The notes below the pieces were generated by a model. It had not been told where the DNA came from. It searched no databases and saw nothing but the letters and a program-made list of their open reading frames with translations. From the NCBI GenBank assembly GCA_963823335.1, contig CAWGLD010000001.1:1760001-1824000 (forward strand): a stretch of 64,000 nucleotides of DNA, read 5' to 3'. The DNA is from an uncultured delta proteobacterium. GTDB lineage: Bacteria; Desulfobacterota; Desulfobacteria; Desulfobacterales; B30-G6. How positions within the stretch are numbered: the stretch's first letter is position 1; the number at the start of each line of letters is the position of its first letter. Shown in pieces: positions 1 through 9,475 of this stretch. Made by a program: the position numbers and the translations under genes.

Positions 1-116
1 TATTCAAGCCCCCCGAAAACGTCAGGAGCGAGTATCCGGAACTGCCCGCAACGTACAATTATGACGAACTGAAAGAGGTCATGGGACCGCTTCTGGCCGA
101 GGGCACCAATGCATAA
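1..116 (+). CDS. thrH: 3' end of probable phosphoserine phosphatase/homoserine phosphotransferase (partial)
   Basis: Frame from nt 3 reads FKPPENVRSEYPELPATYNYDELKEVMGPLLAEGTNA*, resembling the ThrH C-terminus as recalled. Confidence 0.55.
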   Translation, partial: FKPPENVRSEYPELPATYNYDELKEVMGPLLAEGTNA

Positions 117-558
117 TGGTAAAGGGGATGGGAGAGTGGGAGTGTCCGTGAAATCCCATCGAACTGAATACCGTGTTATCTACGGTGACACAGACAACAT
201 GGGGGTGGCATACCATGCCAATTACCTGCGCTGGTTCGAGATCGGCAGAGCCGAACTGTTCAGGTCACTTGGCATGACCTATAAGTCCATCGAGGAGAAG
301 GGCTATTTCCTGCCGGTGTCCGAGGTTTACTGCAAGTTCGTCGATTCGGCCCGGTATGACGACCTTATTGTCATCGAAACGGCCGTGGACAGCAGTCTGC
401 GGGCAGGGATGAAATTCAATTACCGGATCCTGCGCAAAGATGATGAGACCAGGCTGGTTCAGGGTTTCACCAAGCATGCCTATGTGGATCGCAGCGGTCG
501 CGTGATCCGCCCGCCCCGGTTTATAACCGACATCCTGAAGCAGTACGATTTTTTTTAA
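109..558 (+). CDS. YbgC/FadM-family acyl-CoA thioesterase (start may be GTG 148)
   Basis: RVIYGDTDNMGVAYHANYLRWFE hot-dog thioesterase motif. Confidence 0.9.
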   Translation: MHNGKGDGRVGVSVKSHRTEYRVIYGDTDNMGVAYHANYLRWFEIGRAELFRSLGMTYKSIEEKGYFLPVSEVYCKFVDSARYDDLIVIETAVDSSLRAGMKFNYRILRKDDETRLVQGFTKHAYVDRSGRVIRPPRFITDILKQYDFF

Positions 559-738
559 CCGACCTTACCGCATCAACTGTGTTGTGGACCATTCGCGGTA
601 GAGGACTACAGCTTCATGGTCCGATGCCTTGCGGCTGCGCAAACCTCGGTTAAAAAAGGAACACATCAAATCATTTTCTATATGTGTTAAACTTTCTAAT
701 TGCTCATAGCTTTCCGTTTAAAGCTTCAAGGAGGATCC

Positions 739-1053
739 ATGTTGAAGATTGATGAAGACAAGAACGGTCTGAAATTCAACATATACGTACAACCCAGGTC
801 CAGCCGAAACCAGGTTGTGGGGCTGCACGGGGATGCCCTTAAGGTGAAAATCAAGGCGCCGCCTGTGGAAGGGGCTGCCAATAAGATGTGTATCGCTGTT
901 CTGGCAAAGACCCTGAACGTTTCCAAATCTGCCATCGAGATTGTTTCCGGGCAGACCTCAAGGACCAAGCGCGTTCAGGTTTGCAGGGAGAAAGACAGGG
1001 ATTTCCGTGAAGAAACCGAGCGCCTTAAACAGGTTGTCCAGTCGTTGGGTTAG
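739..1053 (+). CDS. DUF167/YggU-family protein
   Basis: VQPRSSRN...LKVKIKAPPVEGAAN...IVSGQTSRTK; AAGGAGG RBS before ATG 739. Confidence 0.9.
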   Translation: MLKIDEDKNGLKFNIYVQPRSSRNQVVGLHGDALKVKIKAPPVEGAANKMCIAVLAKTLNVSKSAIEIVSGQTSRTKRVQVCREKDRDFREETERLKQVVQSLG

Positions 1054-1121
1054 ATTTTTTATGATGGGAGCGACAACGTCGCAAATTTTAAAATCGAGAT
1101 AGCGATTTTATTGGAATTGCC

Positions 1122-1150
1122 TTGACACCGACATGTTTCAGTAATATATT
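1122..1150 (+). promoter_or_regulatory. sigma70-type promoter for the tRNA
   Basis: TTGACA-17 nt-TATATT just upstream of the tRNA. Confidence 0.7.
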
Positions 1151-1166
1151 CCTCTTTTACAAATGA

Positions 1167-1243
<77 letters not shown>

Positions 1244-1251
1244 ACAAAATC

Positions 1252-1286
1252 AAAGGGTTACGATCGATAAGTCGTAATCCTTTTTT
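1252..1286 (+). terminator. intrinsic terminator after tRNA
   Basis: AAAGGGTTACGA/TCGTAATCCTTT stem followed by a T run. Confidence 0.65.
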
Positions 1287-1465
1287 AGTTTGCTACCCTA
1301 TTGCTACCCAGGTGCGATTTTTTACAATTCCATACTTCCACAACTACCTAAGACAACCTGCTTATATTATAAAGAAATCAATGCTATATTGAAAATTTAC
1401 ATAATTTCGTTTAATATGAGGAAAGGAGCTTACAACCTGGAGGCTTAAACACATCAATAATGAGG

Positions 1466-1696
1466 CTAACATTTCAAATTGTCCACCACCTGGCGGACAT
1501 CACTTAAACATCATTTTCCTTTCAGGCTTTTGGTGGAACACTGACAATTTCCAAACCTTTTCTCCATTTTAATCTTTTCCATTATCGTGGACATGCCATT
1601 TTCCAGATAGTCTTTTTGGATGTCAACTAAGGAGTACTCGAAACAGTAACAAATTAAATCGTTCACAATATGGTCCTTCAAAATATGCTTTTCCAA
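1466..1696 (-). CDS. small Cys-rich (BFD-like/CopZ-associated) putative selenoprotein, UGA at 1511-1513
   Basis: LICYCF...CQC...KGK-U-CLSDVRQVV matches the CC motif of this family; hairpin GTCCGCC-AGGT-GGTGGAC 12 nt after UGA; weak TTG start. Confidence 0.6.
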
Positions 1697-1702
1697 GATG
1701 TT

Positions 1703-1872
1703 GATAGATGGAGAGAAGTCCAGTTATCAATTTTGATGTAAATTTTACCGATACCATACGGTTATGTCAATCGTGCACCGGAAAGCCCCATGAGTACAAT
1801 AAACGACCGACTGTCATTATATTCGCACATCGTTACTTTTTAGGCCACCTGATATCTACCGTTTTGTTGGAG
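1703..1872 (+). repeat. TGGAG-bounded spacer unit U1 (type A)
   Basis: GATAGATGGAGAGA...TTATCA start; TGATATCTACCGTTTTGTTGGAG end, identical in U2. Confidence 0.85.
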
Positions 1873-2037
1873 TCATCGGCAATGGCCAGTTGGAGACTTA
1901 TGCCAGTAATCTTTAAAAAATGATAGATAGCAAGACACCCATATATGGTATGATAGCCTTTTTAGAGGTTTCCCGTTTCGTTAATGTGTTGGAATCGGGA
2001 CTTCGCCCGGAGCAAAGTTCGGGTTACACCCAGCTTG

Positions 2038-3084
2038 TCATGCCGCCGGTCTTTTATCCGTAACTTTTGAGATGAAATCAACCTGCATTCTCACGACCTT
2101 ATCAAACCATTCACCCTCGTATATCTCGAAGTGGTCAATTGGTAGCGTATGGAATATGCCCAGGTTACCTGTTACCTCCGCAATTTTGACGTGAGAATTT
2201 GGTGCAACGATCTGGTCGTTCTCACATTGGAAAAAGACCATGGGACAGGTGACCCTTTTGGCAGCCTCAATGATATTTGGACCATGTGGCTCCACGATTG
2301 TGCGAGCAACGATTTCGTTGCGGAACAATTTTGAGCTTTTCACCAGTCGAGCATATCCTTCGTATGCCCCAGGCACATTGAGAATCGCTGTAGTTCCTGG
2401 AACGCCAATAGCTGGCAACATGTGGGGAGAAAGACCAAATCGAGAGCGCCCCTTATCGCGCTGAGCATGTATCAAAAGTTTGAGCATCCAAGCGATACCA
2501 ACCTGTTTAAGGACATGCTTCCCATCGACTCGATGATCCAGCGAAGAACATTGGCCGATCACACCGGCAATTCTGTGGTCCTCGGCTGCCAGCGCAATGC
2601 CGTAGTTACCCCCTGCCGATGTCCCCCAAACAACGATTTTGTCTGGGTCGATCTCTTTAAGTGAGCGCAGGTGAACTATCGCTCCACGGGCATCCTCAAT
2701 CTGCTTGCGAACAGAATAGAGTTGTCTTGGCTCCCCATCACTTTCACCGAAATGTCGATAGTCAAAGGAAAAGGCTGCAAACCCGGCCTCTACGAAGCGG
2801 AGTGCGTATTGCTCTATAATCATATCTTTCGTACCACAAAACCCCGTGTTGAGTAGGATACACGGGACTTTGACGGTGGTTTCCTCTGGAATATACAACC
2901 ACCCGCTAAGTGCAAGACCGTTAACCTCGAAAGTAACATTCCGTCGGCACGGCGGCGTGGAATACTTAGAAGTAATCTGCGGCATCGGCTGTCTCTTCAC
3001 CCGCAAGATGGGAAACATAATGATAACTATTAGATAAGTAGCGATTAACACAATTAAGGAACCAAGGATTTTTATCGCGATCAT
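2038..3084 (-). CDS. membrane-anchored alpha/beta hydrolase
   Basis: N-terminal TM segment, FDYRHFGESDGEPR, GTSAGG nucleophile elbow, C-terminal DHF. Confidence 0.88.
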   Translation of the reverse strand: MIAIKILGSLIVLIATYLIVIIMFPILRVKRQPMPQITSKYSTPPCRRNVTFEVNGLALSGWLYIPEETTVKVPCILLNTGFCGTKDMIIEQYALRFVEAGFAAFSFDYRHFGESDGEPRQLYSVRKQIEDARGAIVHLRSLKEIDPDKIVVWGTSAGGNYGIALAAEDHRIAGVIGQCSSLDHRVDGKHVLKQVGIAWMLKLLIHAQRDKGRSRFGLSPHMLPAIGVPGTTAILNVPGAYEGYARLVKSSKLFRNEIVARTIVEPHGPNIIEAAKRVTCPMVFFQCENDQIVAPNSHVKIAEVTGNLGIFHTLPIDHFEIYEGEWFDKVVRMQVDFISKVTDKRPAA

Positions 3085-3324
3085 GCGGCAGATCCTTTCT
3101 CAACAACATAGTGGAGCAAGGTTGGTTAAAGAAAATGCTTCTGTTCACTGGTGTCCGCTCATAACTATTTTAATGAAAACAATCATACATGCATAAATGT
3201 ATAAGGAAAAATGTTGATGAAGATAATCACCCGTCATACAAAATTGCTGATGCCATATCTTGGGGTCAAAGAAAATAATGCATAACTCAACATTTCGCTA
3301 ATAAGCCTTCAAACCGGAAACTGC

Positions 3325-3496
3325 GATTGATGGAGAGATGTCCAGTTATCAAGCTCAACCAAATTATTAGCGATACCATCTGGTTATCCCCACGGTATCA
3401 CGGAGGAGCCTATGAATACAAGATACAGTCTGTTGTGATAATTTTTTTGCACACCGGTAAAATTTAAGGCGCTTGATATCTACCGTTTTGTTGGAG
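3325..3496 (+). repeat. TGGAG-bounded spacer unit U2 (type A), preceded by a degenerate arm at about 3215-3324
   Basis: Colinear with U1 over about 170 bp; same start and end motifs. Confidence 0.85.
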
Positions 3497-3578
3497 CAAT
3501 CTGTAATGCACAATAAGAATGCAGGGCCATTTCAGAACTGATCGATTCCTACGGATCATCACACTCCTAAATAACAAC

Positions 3579-3635
3579 TTGACAACAAGCGTATGAAACC
3601 ATATATTAACTCTAACGTGGATATTGGTTATCCAC
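3579..3635 (+). promoter_or_regulatory. sigma70 promoter plus palindromic operator
   Basis: TTGACA(3579)-17-TATATT(3602); GTGGATA-N5-TATCCAC at 3617-3635. Confidence 0.7.
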
Positions 3636-3670
3636 ATAAGTGATATTGCATAAAATTTTGGAGGATCATT

Positions 3671-4042
3671 ATGTTTGACGAAACGTTTATGACGGTTGTT
3701 AGTAAAGAGGGTGTTGTTTCCATAGTATCATGTTCCGATAACGAAGCTCATGTAGTGAATACATGGAATTCTTACTTGGCTTTCCCTGGAGAGGACCGAA
3801 TGCTTATCCCAGTGTTTGGAATGAGAAAGACCCAGAAGAAAGTTGAGAAAAACCCCAACGTATTGCTTACTTTAGGCACTAAAGAGGTCGAAGGAAAAAT
3901 GGGGCCAGGCACCGGGTATCTTATCAAGGGAACAGCGAAATTCATGAAATTCGGCCCGGAATTTGATATGATGAAGCAAAATTTCTCTTGGGCTAATCGT
4001 GTTCTTGAAGTAACAGTTTCATCTGTAAAACAGACGATTTAG
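3671..4042 (+). CDS. FMN-binding protein (pyridoxamine 5'-phosphate oxidase-like family)
   Basis: EGVVSIV...HVVNTWNSYL...GPGTGYLIKGTA, like the Desulfovibrio FMN-binding protein; GGAGG RBS. Confidence 0.88.
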   Translation: MFDETFMTVVSKEGVVSIVSCSDNEAHVVNTWNSYLAFPGEDRMLIPVFGMRKTQKKVEKNPNVLLTLGTKEVEGKMGPGTGYLIKGTAKFMKFGPEFDMMKQNFSWANRVLEVTVSSVKQTI

Positions 4043-4266
4043 GCTTACATTTCCCTTGTCTTTACGCAGAGCGACTCCTCCTGATCATTAATGCTTGAAA
4101 AGAGGATCTAAGCAGCGTGTATTCGTAGGTAGTCGCTCTAAGCAATAATTCATGTCCGGGAAGACAACCTTTACGTTTACATTTTGTAATTACTATCCTG
4201 TTACTGAAACTGATATAAGAAATGTAAGGTAATAAGAGTCATTCCCTTTTGGTATAGGAGGGTCCA

Positions 4267-4755
4267 ATGCAGTTCAGTGTTGGAGTTGAGTACGCATTTC
4301 ATTCGTTGTTTTATATGGTTGATCTTCCTGAAGATAAGACTGTTGGTATCAAGAAAATAGCGGAATTAAATGCAATCTCAGAAACTTACCTATCAAAATC
4401 TTTCGCTAAACTGAGAAAGTTCGGTATCGTTCGGTCAATACCCGGAGTTAAAGGTGGCTATGAGTTAGCTAAACCTGCAGAGGATATTTCTTTTTGGGAT
4501 ATCATTGAAGCTATCGAAGGTCCCTCTTACTTTTTTCAGTGCGCTGAAATACGAAAAAAGAATATTTTTGTGGATGACCCTTCTGTGTTTACATCTGAGT
4601 GTCCTTGCCTGATAAAAGTGGTGATACAGGAAGCGGAGGAGTTGTTTCGTAATAGGTTAAAAACCAGGTCTCTACGTTGGTTATATGATCAAGTACACAA
4701 TGATTTTTCAGAGGAGAAAAAAAAGGCCATAACTGAATGGATTGATTCAATCTGA
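4267..4755 (+). CDS. Rrf2-family transcriptional regulator
   Basis: GVEYAFHSL, SETYLSK, GVKGGYELAKPAEDIS; C-terminal cysteines. Confidence 0.92.
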   Translation: MQFSVGVEYAFHSLFYMVDLPEDKTVGIKKIAELNAISETYLSKSFAKLRKFGIVRSIPGVKGGYELAKPAEDISFWDIIEAIEGPSYFFQCAEIRKKNIFVDDPSVFTSECPCLIKVVIQEAEELFRNRLKTRSLRWLYDQVHNDFSEEKKKAITEWIDSI

Positions 4756-4881
4756 TTTTATCCAGTAAGTGTTGAATATGAATACCTTGGGCAGTAGCCA
4801 ATTTAGTACCCACCAAGGATGCGGCTCAATTTAAGATATCATTGCTGATTCTGAAATTATCGGAGAATCCTCTGCACTGGT

Positions 4882-4909
4882 GATGAATGGAGAGAAATCA
4901 AGAATATCA
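4882..4909 (+). repeat. spacer unit U3 (left end only)
   Basis: GATGAATGGAGAGA-N8-ATATCA. Confidence 0.65.
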
Positions 4910-4964
4910 GTCTACCAGCACCAGGGCCAACGCTATCGTCAACGTCAAAGTCAAAGTCACCACC

Positions 4965-5085
4965 ATTGAACCGAAAAAGCGAGCGCATTCCCCGTAGCTT
5001 GCTGCGGGGTTAGCGAGCGAATCTAGATTAGACAGAATTCCTTACGGTCGAAGATTCCTCGTAGCTTGCTGCGAGGTTCTTCAAT
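4965..5085 (+). repeat. REP/MITE-like element of the GTAGCTTGCTGCG family
   Basis: ATTGAA...TTCAAT ends, two internal GTAGCTTGCTGCG hairpins; further copies at 23990, 42654, 54470. Confidence 0.85.
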
Positions 5086-5168
5086 AGAGGGACATTTTTA
5101 CTAGTCCAGACCACCTTACCGCTGTTATTAATCTGCGGATCTTGATCATCATAGTCGTTGTCGGTTAA

Positions 5169-6797
5169 TTATCCTAAAATGGCTTTAAGATCCTCTTCAG
5201 CTGATGAGATCGGTTTAATTTCAAAATTATCTACAAGAGTTTGCAGAACATTCGGGGTAATAAAGGCTGGTAGAGAAGGCCCTAAGCGGATATCTTTAAT
5301 GCCAAGATGAAGCAGTGCCAGTAAAACGCAAACAGCTTTTTGCTCATACCAGGAAATAATCATAGAAAGCGGCAATTCATTGACCCCAACACCAAATGCG
5401 TTTGAAAGCGCAAGGGCAATTTGAACAGCTGAATAGGCATCATTGCACTGCCCGGCATCTAAAAGACGAGGTATGCCGCCGATATCGCCTAGATCCTGGT
5501 CAAAGAAGCGGTATTTACCGCAGGCAAGGGTCAAGACAATGCAATTCTTGGGCACTTTTTCAACAAACTCAGTGTAGTAATTTCGGCCGGGTTTGGCACC
5601 ATCACAACCAGCTACCAGAAAGAAATGTTTTATATCACCTGATTTAACGGCTTCGATGATCTTGTCGGCAACGCCCAGAACGGCATTGCGGGCAAAACCG
5701 ACAGTTACCTCCTGTGTGACATGATCTTCCCCAAAACCTGGAAGCTCTAAAGCCCTATCAATAACCGGCTGAAAATTAAGGTCCGGGATATGAGGTATGC
5801 CCGGCCAGCCAACCATGCCGCTAGTAAATAGGTTTTCTTTATAGTCATTTTTAGGCCGCTGGATACAATTGGTGGTCATCAAAATGGCACCCGGAAAATC
5901 AGAAAATTCTTTCGTCTGTTTTTGCCAGGCCGTACCGAATTGACCGTAGAAATGTGGATATGCCTTTAACTTGGGGTAGCCATGCGTCGAGAGCATCTCG
6001 CCGTGGGAGTAGATGTTAATATCTTTTCCTTCTGTTTGTTTTAAAAGTGCCTCAAGATCGTTCATATCGTGTCCTGAGACAAGAATGGCTTTTCCCTTCT
6101 TATACCCCAGCGGAACCTTTGTCGGTACAGGATGACCAAATTTTTCTGTATTGCCTGCATCAAGAAGCTCCATGGCTTTATAGGCGGCCTCCCCACATCT
6201 GAGTGCCATCTGGACCCAGTCTTCAACGCTAAGGTCATCGCCCTGAATAGCGGCCAGCCCCTCATGCACATATGCGTAAACACTTTCATCTTCCTGCCCT
6301 AAAATCAGCGCATGGTCCGTGTAAGCACTAACGCCCTTAATTCCATAGAGCACTGTATGTTTTAAGGATAGGATATCCGGATTTTCACCTGGATACGATT
6401 TTATTCCGACTTGTTCCCCTTGTTTCACCAACTCTTCCAAGCCGGTTTTTGCTTGGAAAACGGCAGGTCCGTCAGGCCATCCATTATTACCGCCGGCAGC
6501 CTCAACTTGTGTTTTTAATTTTTCACGCAACCTAATGGATTGCTGGATCAAATCCACAAATCGATCAGGGTCAAAATCAACATTTGTCAGGGTGGAGAAG
6601 GCTGCCTTGACCGTGAAAACGTTTACATCACTGTCTGAGACACCAACTTTTCGCCCTTCCACGGCAACTTGTGACAGTCCCATTAATGAATAAAGAAGCA
6701 GATCCTGCAAAGCTGCGATTTCCGGTAATTTTCCACAAACGCCCTGTACGGTGCAACCTGTCCCCTTAGCGGTTTGTTCACACTGGTAACAAAACAT
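5169..6797 (-). CDS. hcp: hybrid cluster protein (hydroxylamine reductase)
   Basis: MFCYQCEQT...C...GVCGK N-terminus, SGHD, GCDG, GQCND, SWYEQKA motifs. Confidence 0.97.
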   Translation of the reverse strand: MFCYQCEQTAKGTGCTVQGVCGKLPEIAALQDLLLYSLMGLSQVAVEGRKVGVSDSDVNVFTVKAAFSTLTNVDFDPDRFVDLIQQSIRLREKLKTQVEAAGGNNGWPDGPAVFQAKTGLEELVKQGEQVGIKSYPGENPDILSLKHTVLYGIKGVSAYTDHALILGQEDESVYAYVHEGLAAIQGDDLSVEDWVQMALRCGEAAYKAMELLDAGNTEKFGHPVPTKVPLGYKKGKAILVSGHDMNDLEALLKQTEGKDINIYSHGEMLSTHGYPKLKAYPHFYGQFGTAWQKQTKEFSDFPGAILMTTNCIQRPKNDYKENLFTSGMVGWPGIPHIPDLNFQPVIDRALELPGFGEDHVTQEVTVGFARNAVLGVADKIIEAVKSGDIKHFFLVAGCDGAKPGRNYYTEFVEKVPKNCIVLTLACGKYRFFDQDLGDIGGIPRLLDAGQCNDAYSAVQIALALSNAFGVGVNELPLSMIISWYEQKAVCVLLALLHLGIKDIRLGPSLPAFITPNVLQTLVDNFEIKPISSAEEDLKAILG

Positions 6798-7102
6798 AGC
6801 GGCTCTCCTTGTTAGCTTTTTGAATATTTAAGAATTGGAACTCATTAGATTTATGATTTCTTGCATTATGGTTAAGTATTCTCGAACTCAAGAATAGTGA
6901 TGCTATTGTGAAGATCAAAAGAGAAATGATCAGACGTGTCGAGATGTGTTTGAAAATCAGAGCAGGTACAAGCCTGATTCATGATTTAAGATACAATATC
7001 AGGAAATTATTGAAACCACAAGATATGGTTATTTTAAGATCGATGCAGAAGATGTGATATGCTCGGAAATGTCGGCTGAAAACCAAATATCAACCCGGTG
7101 AT

Positions 7103-7116
7103 GATACATGGAGAGA
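7103..7116 (+). repeat. spacer unit U4 core, interrupted by IS; more unit sequence at about 7461-7480
   Basis: GATACATGGAGAGA; TGATAACACGAAAACACAAC at 7461 matches 9614 and 14241. Confidence 0.65.
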
Positions 7117-7410
7117 CTGTCGAAAAAGCTTTTATGACAAACCAGGCTATCTCTCATATTCAGATCATACCACTTTTAGCGACTTGAGCCTATCAATCTC
7201 CCAATTCAGTCTATGCGAAACCATAATTGGCCACTTTTTCTATGTTGTGGACCATACAATAAAGCAGCCACTGGATATTTACTTTCACCTTACCTCTTAA
7301 GTTAAACTTGTCCATTCGTTTTTGAGTCCGAATGTTGGCAAACACAGGTTCAACGATTGCGATCCGTCGGGGATAGATCTTACGCCCTTTTTCTGAGTCG
7401 ATCTTTTTGA
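7113..7410 (-). mobile_element. IS1182-family remnant (transposase 3' end plus one terminal IR)
   Basis: KIDSEKGRKIY.RR...VEPVFANI...FNLRGKVKVNIQWLLYCMVHNIEK; GAGACTGTCGAAAAA end. Confidence 0.8.
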
Positions 7411-7572
7411 TGTAGTCCAAATTAGGAGATCTTTTCAATTTGAGGTTAATTGCTAAGAGTTGATAACACGAAAACACAACTTTTCCAGAATAGGACTTGT
7501 ATTACGCGTAATGATGGTGCCACAGGTTTGTCTAACCCGCTGATAAGACATCGCAGGTATTAAAGCGGTATA

Positions 7573-9087
7573 TTAGTAATTTTCATAAGATTTTTTTAAT
7601 ATTTCAATAGGATGCTGAACCGGGTAGTTACTCATTTGGTTGAATTGTAGTCGGCAACTTAAGCAATCAGTGATCAGATAGTTTGGATCCAATTGTCTAA
7701 CTTTTGCCATCAATCGGCTACCCATTTGTATGGAAGTTTTATGAAAATCATGTTTGAAACCCATGATCCCTGCAATGCCGCAACAGTAAAAAGTGCTCTG
7801 GAAAGTCTCCACCGAGATATCAGGAATCTGGGCTAATAGGTCCAGATAGGGCATGCCCACACCCTGTTCCCTTAAGTGGCAAGGCGGATAATAGACCATC
7901 TGCCCAAGGACTGGTCCCAACTTGGTGTCCAATTTACCTCTACGATATAAATCTAATAGGTATTCTCCAAGGTCATAGGTGTTTTCTGCGACTTTGATTC
8001 GTTTCAACGGATCTATAACCGAGAAATATCCATTGTCTTTTAGGATTTCTCCATAGATGGATTTATCGAGTACGCGATGCTCTGCCATTTTACAAGAGCC
8101 ATTTAATGCATATTCAAAGTTCACGGTTTCCTGCGTTTTATTGTTCTTGCCGAGCGCTGCTTTACTTCCAGCGGATACTTTGGATTTATCAATACTGCTC
8201 CCTTTGAATGGTACTTTTTCTGGGATTTTCATATGCCGATCGTCGCCACCGGCAAGATCCTGGTATTCATTTGAGTAGTATGCACACTCCCGGAGTGCGT
8301 ATTTCAACATATAGCCGCAAGTGGGACAAGAGCAGACTACATCATACCCCCCTTCCACCACCTCTGCCAGTTGCGTTATCGTTCGCTCTGCAAACGTCAA
8401 TGTCAACTTTCTGTCACCTTCGAGCATACTCGGCATTCCGCAGCAATTCTGTTCCGGATAATAGACACTAATATCGTTTCTCTCGAGAATTTCGATGGCA
8501 GCTTTGGGGACGTCCGGGAATAAATACCGGGCAGTACAACCTGCAAAGTAGGCTACTTTGCGCCCCTTTTTCGATTGGGGCTTTTCATCCAACTTACGAC
8601 GTTTAGCCCATGACGGAAAATTCTCTTTCGGGAAAATCGGAAGCTTGCGTTTAGGGTTTATTCCTGCAATCCTTTTAATAAAACGACTCGTATGTTTGTT
8701 TTGAAGGAAAAAATTGGATATCTGGGGAATGGCACCACACAACTTCCCCACTCGCTCCACATCTTCAAGAGTTCGGATGTATAAATCGAGTCCATCCCTA
8801 TCTATAAAAAGAGTTTTAGCGGTGATAATATCCTCACGGATATTAGGACAAGGGCATAATGCGCAGTAGTTGCATAAATCTGCAACATGCCGCAATTCCT
8901 GGGAAGTAATCTGTTCACCAGTTTCTTTTTCCCTGTCCCACAGTTTGTATATCTCTGGAAATAATAAGCAACTGGTGTCCATAATGTGCCGGCAACAATC
9001 ACAATCCGTGCAGGCGTCAACGACCTTCCTCATCATGTGTTCCGCATTATCCATCTCACTTGTAGATAAGAACTTGCTATTTGGCAT
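7573..9087 (-). CDS. GlpC/HdrD-like Fe-S oxidoreductase with CCG domains (start uncertain)
   Basis: CTDCDCC and CNYCALC clusters, YFAGC, CCG twice, CPTC, CLSC. Confidence 0.85.
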   Translation of the reverse strand: MPNSKFLSTSEMDNAEHMMRKVVDACTDCDCCRHIMDTSCLLFPEIYKLWDREKETGEQITSQELRHVADLCNYCALCPCPNIREDIITAKTLFIDRDGLDLYIRTLEDVERVGKLCGAIPQISNFFLQNKHTSRFIKRIAGINPKRKLPIFPKENFPSWAKRRKLDEKPQSKKGRKVAYFAGCTARYLFPDVPKAAIEILERNDISVYYPEQNCCGMPSMLEGDRKLTLTFAERTITQLAEVVEGGYDVVCSCPTCGYMLKYALRECAYYSNEYQDLAGGDDRHMKIPEKVPFKGSSIDKSKVSAGSKAALGKNNKTQETVNFEYALNGSCKMAEHRVLDKSIYGEILKDNGYFSVIDPLKRIKVAENTYDLGEYLLDLYRRGKLDTKLGPVLGQMVYYPPCHLREQGVGMPYLDLLAQIPDISVETFQSTFYCCGIAGIMGFKHDFHKTSIQMGSRLMAKVRQLDPNYLITDCLSCRLQFNQMSNYPVQHPIEILKKSYENY

Positions 9088-9221
9088 GCTGTGTATCCTG
9101 AATCTCGATTTGTACACCTAACTACATACTTGATAAGAACCATTTAACCTTTCACGATTTCATGGCTCCTCAAAACATGTGCTCTATAAATGAAATCACA
9201 ACTGAAAGCCATTCAATTCCC

Positions 9222-9475
9222 TGTACAGATATAGCATTTCTGACAAAAATGCAAAAAAGGGCAAATCCATCTAAATGGTATTGCCCTTTACGATTCAAAT
9301 CACAAGAAATTATATGCTCAAAAAATATTAATATTTCTTGGATTATGTCAACTGAGTTATAAGGTAGTTACATGAATTGACGAAATGGGTCAAGAACTCA
9401 TCGATTTTATTGGTGGTGACTTTTGATACCCTGTTTGAAAGCCAAGTATCACTGTAATACCGATATATGGAGAGA
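9222..9475 (+). repeat. spacer unit U5 (type B, left end missing) in tandem with U6
   Basis: CATTTCTGACAAAAATGCAAAAAAGGGCAAA block, TGGTGGTGA, ends AATACCGATATATGGAG. Confidence 0.75.

Noticed and set aside
571-660. GGACCAT/ATGGTCC stem as a possible riboswitch
   Set aside because: No recognisable aptamer consensus.
1708-1923. 71-aa ORF starting in unit U1
   Set aside because: Not preserved as an ORF in homologous U2; no recognisable motif.
6798-7020. HcpR-type palindrome upstream of hcp
   Set aside because: Only a TTGTGA half-site near 6907; no correctly spaced partner.
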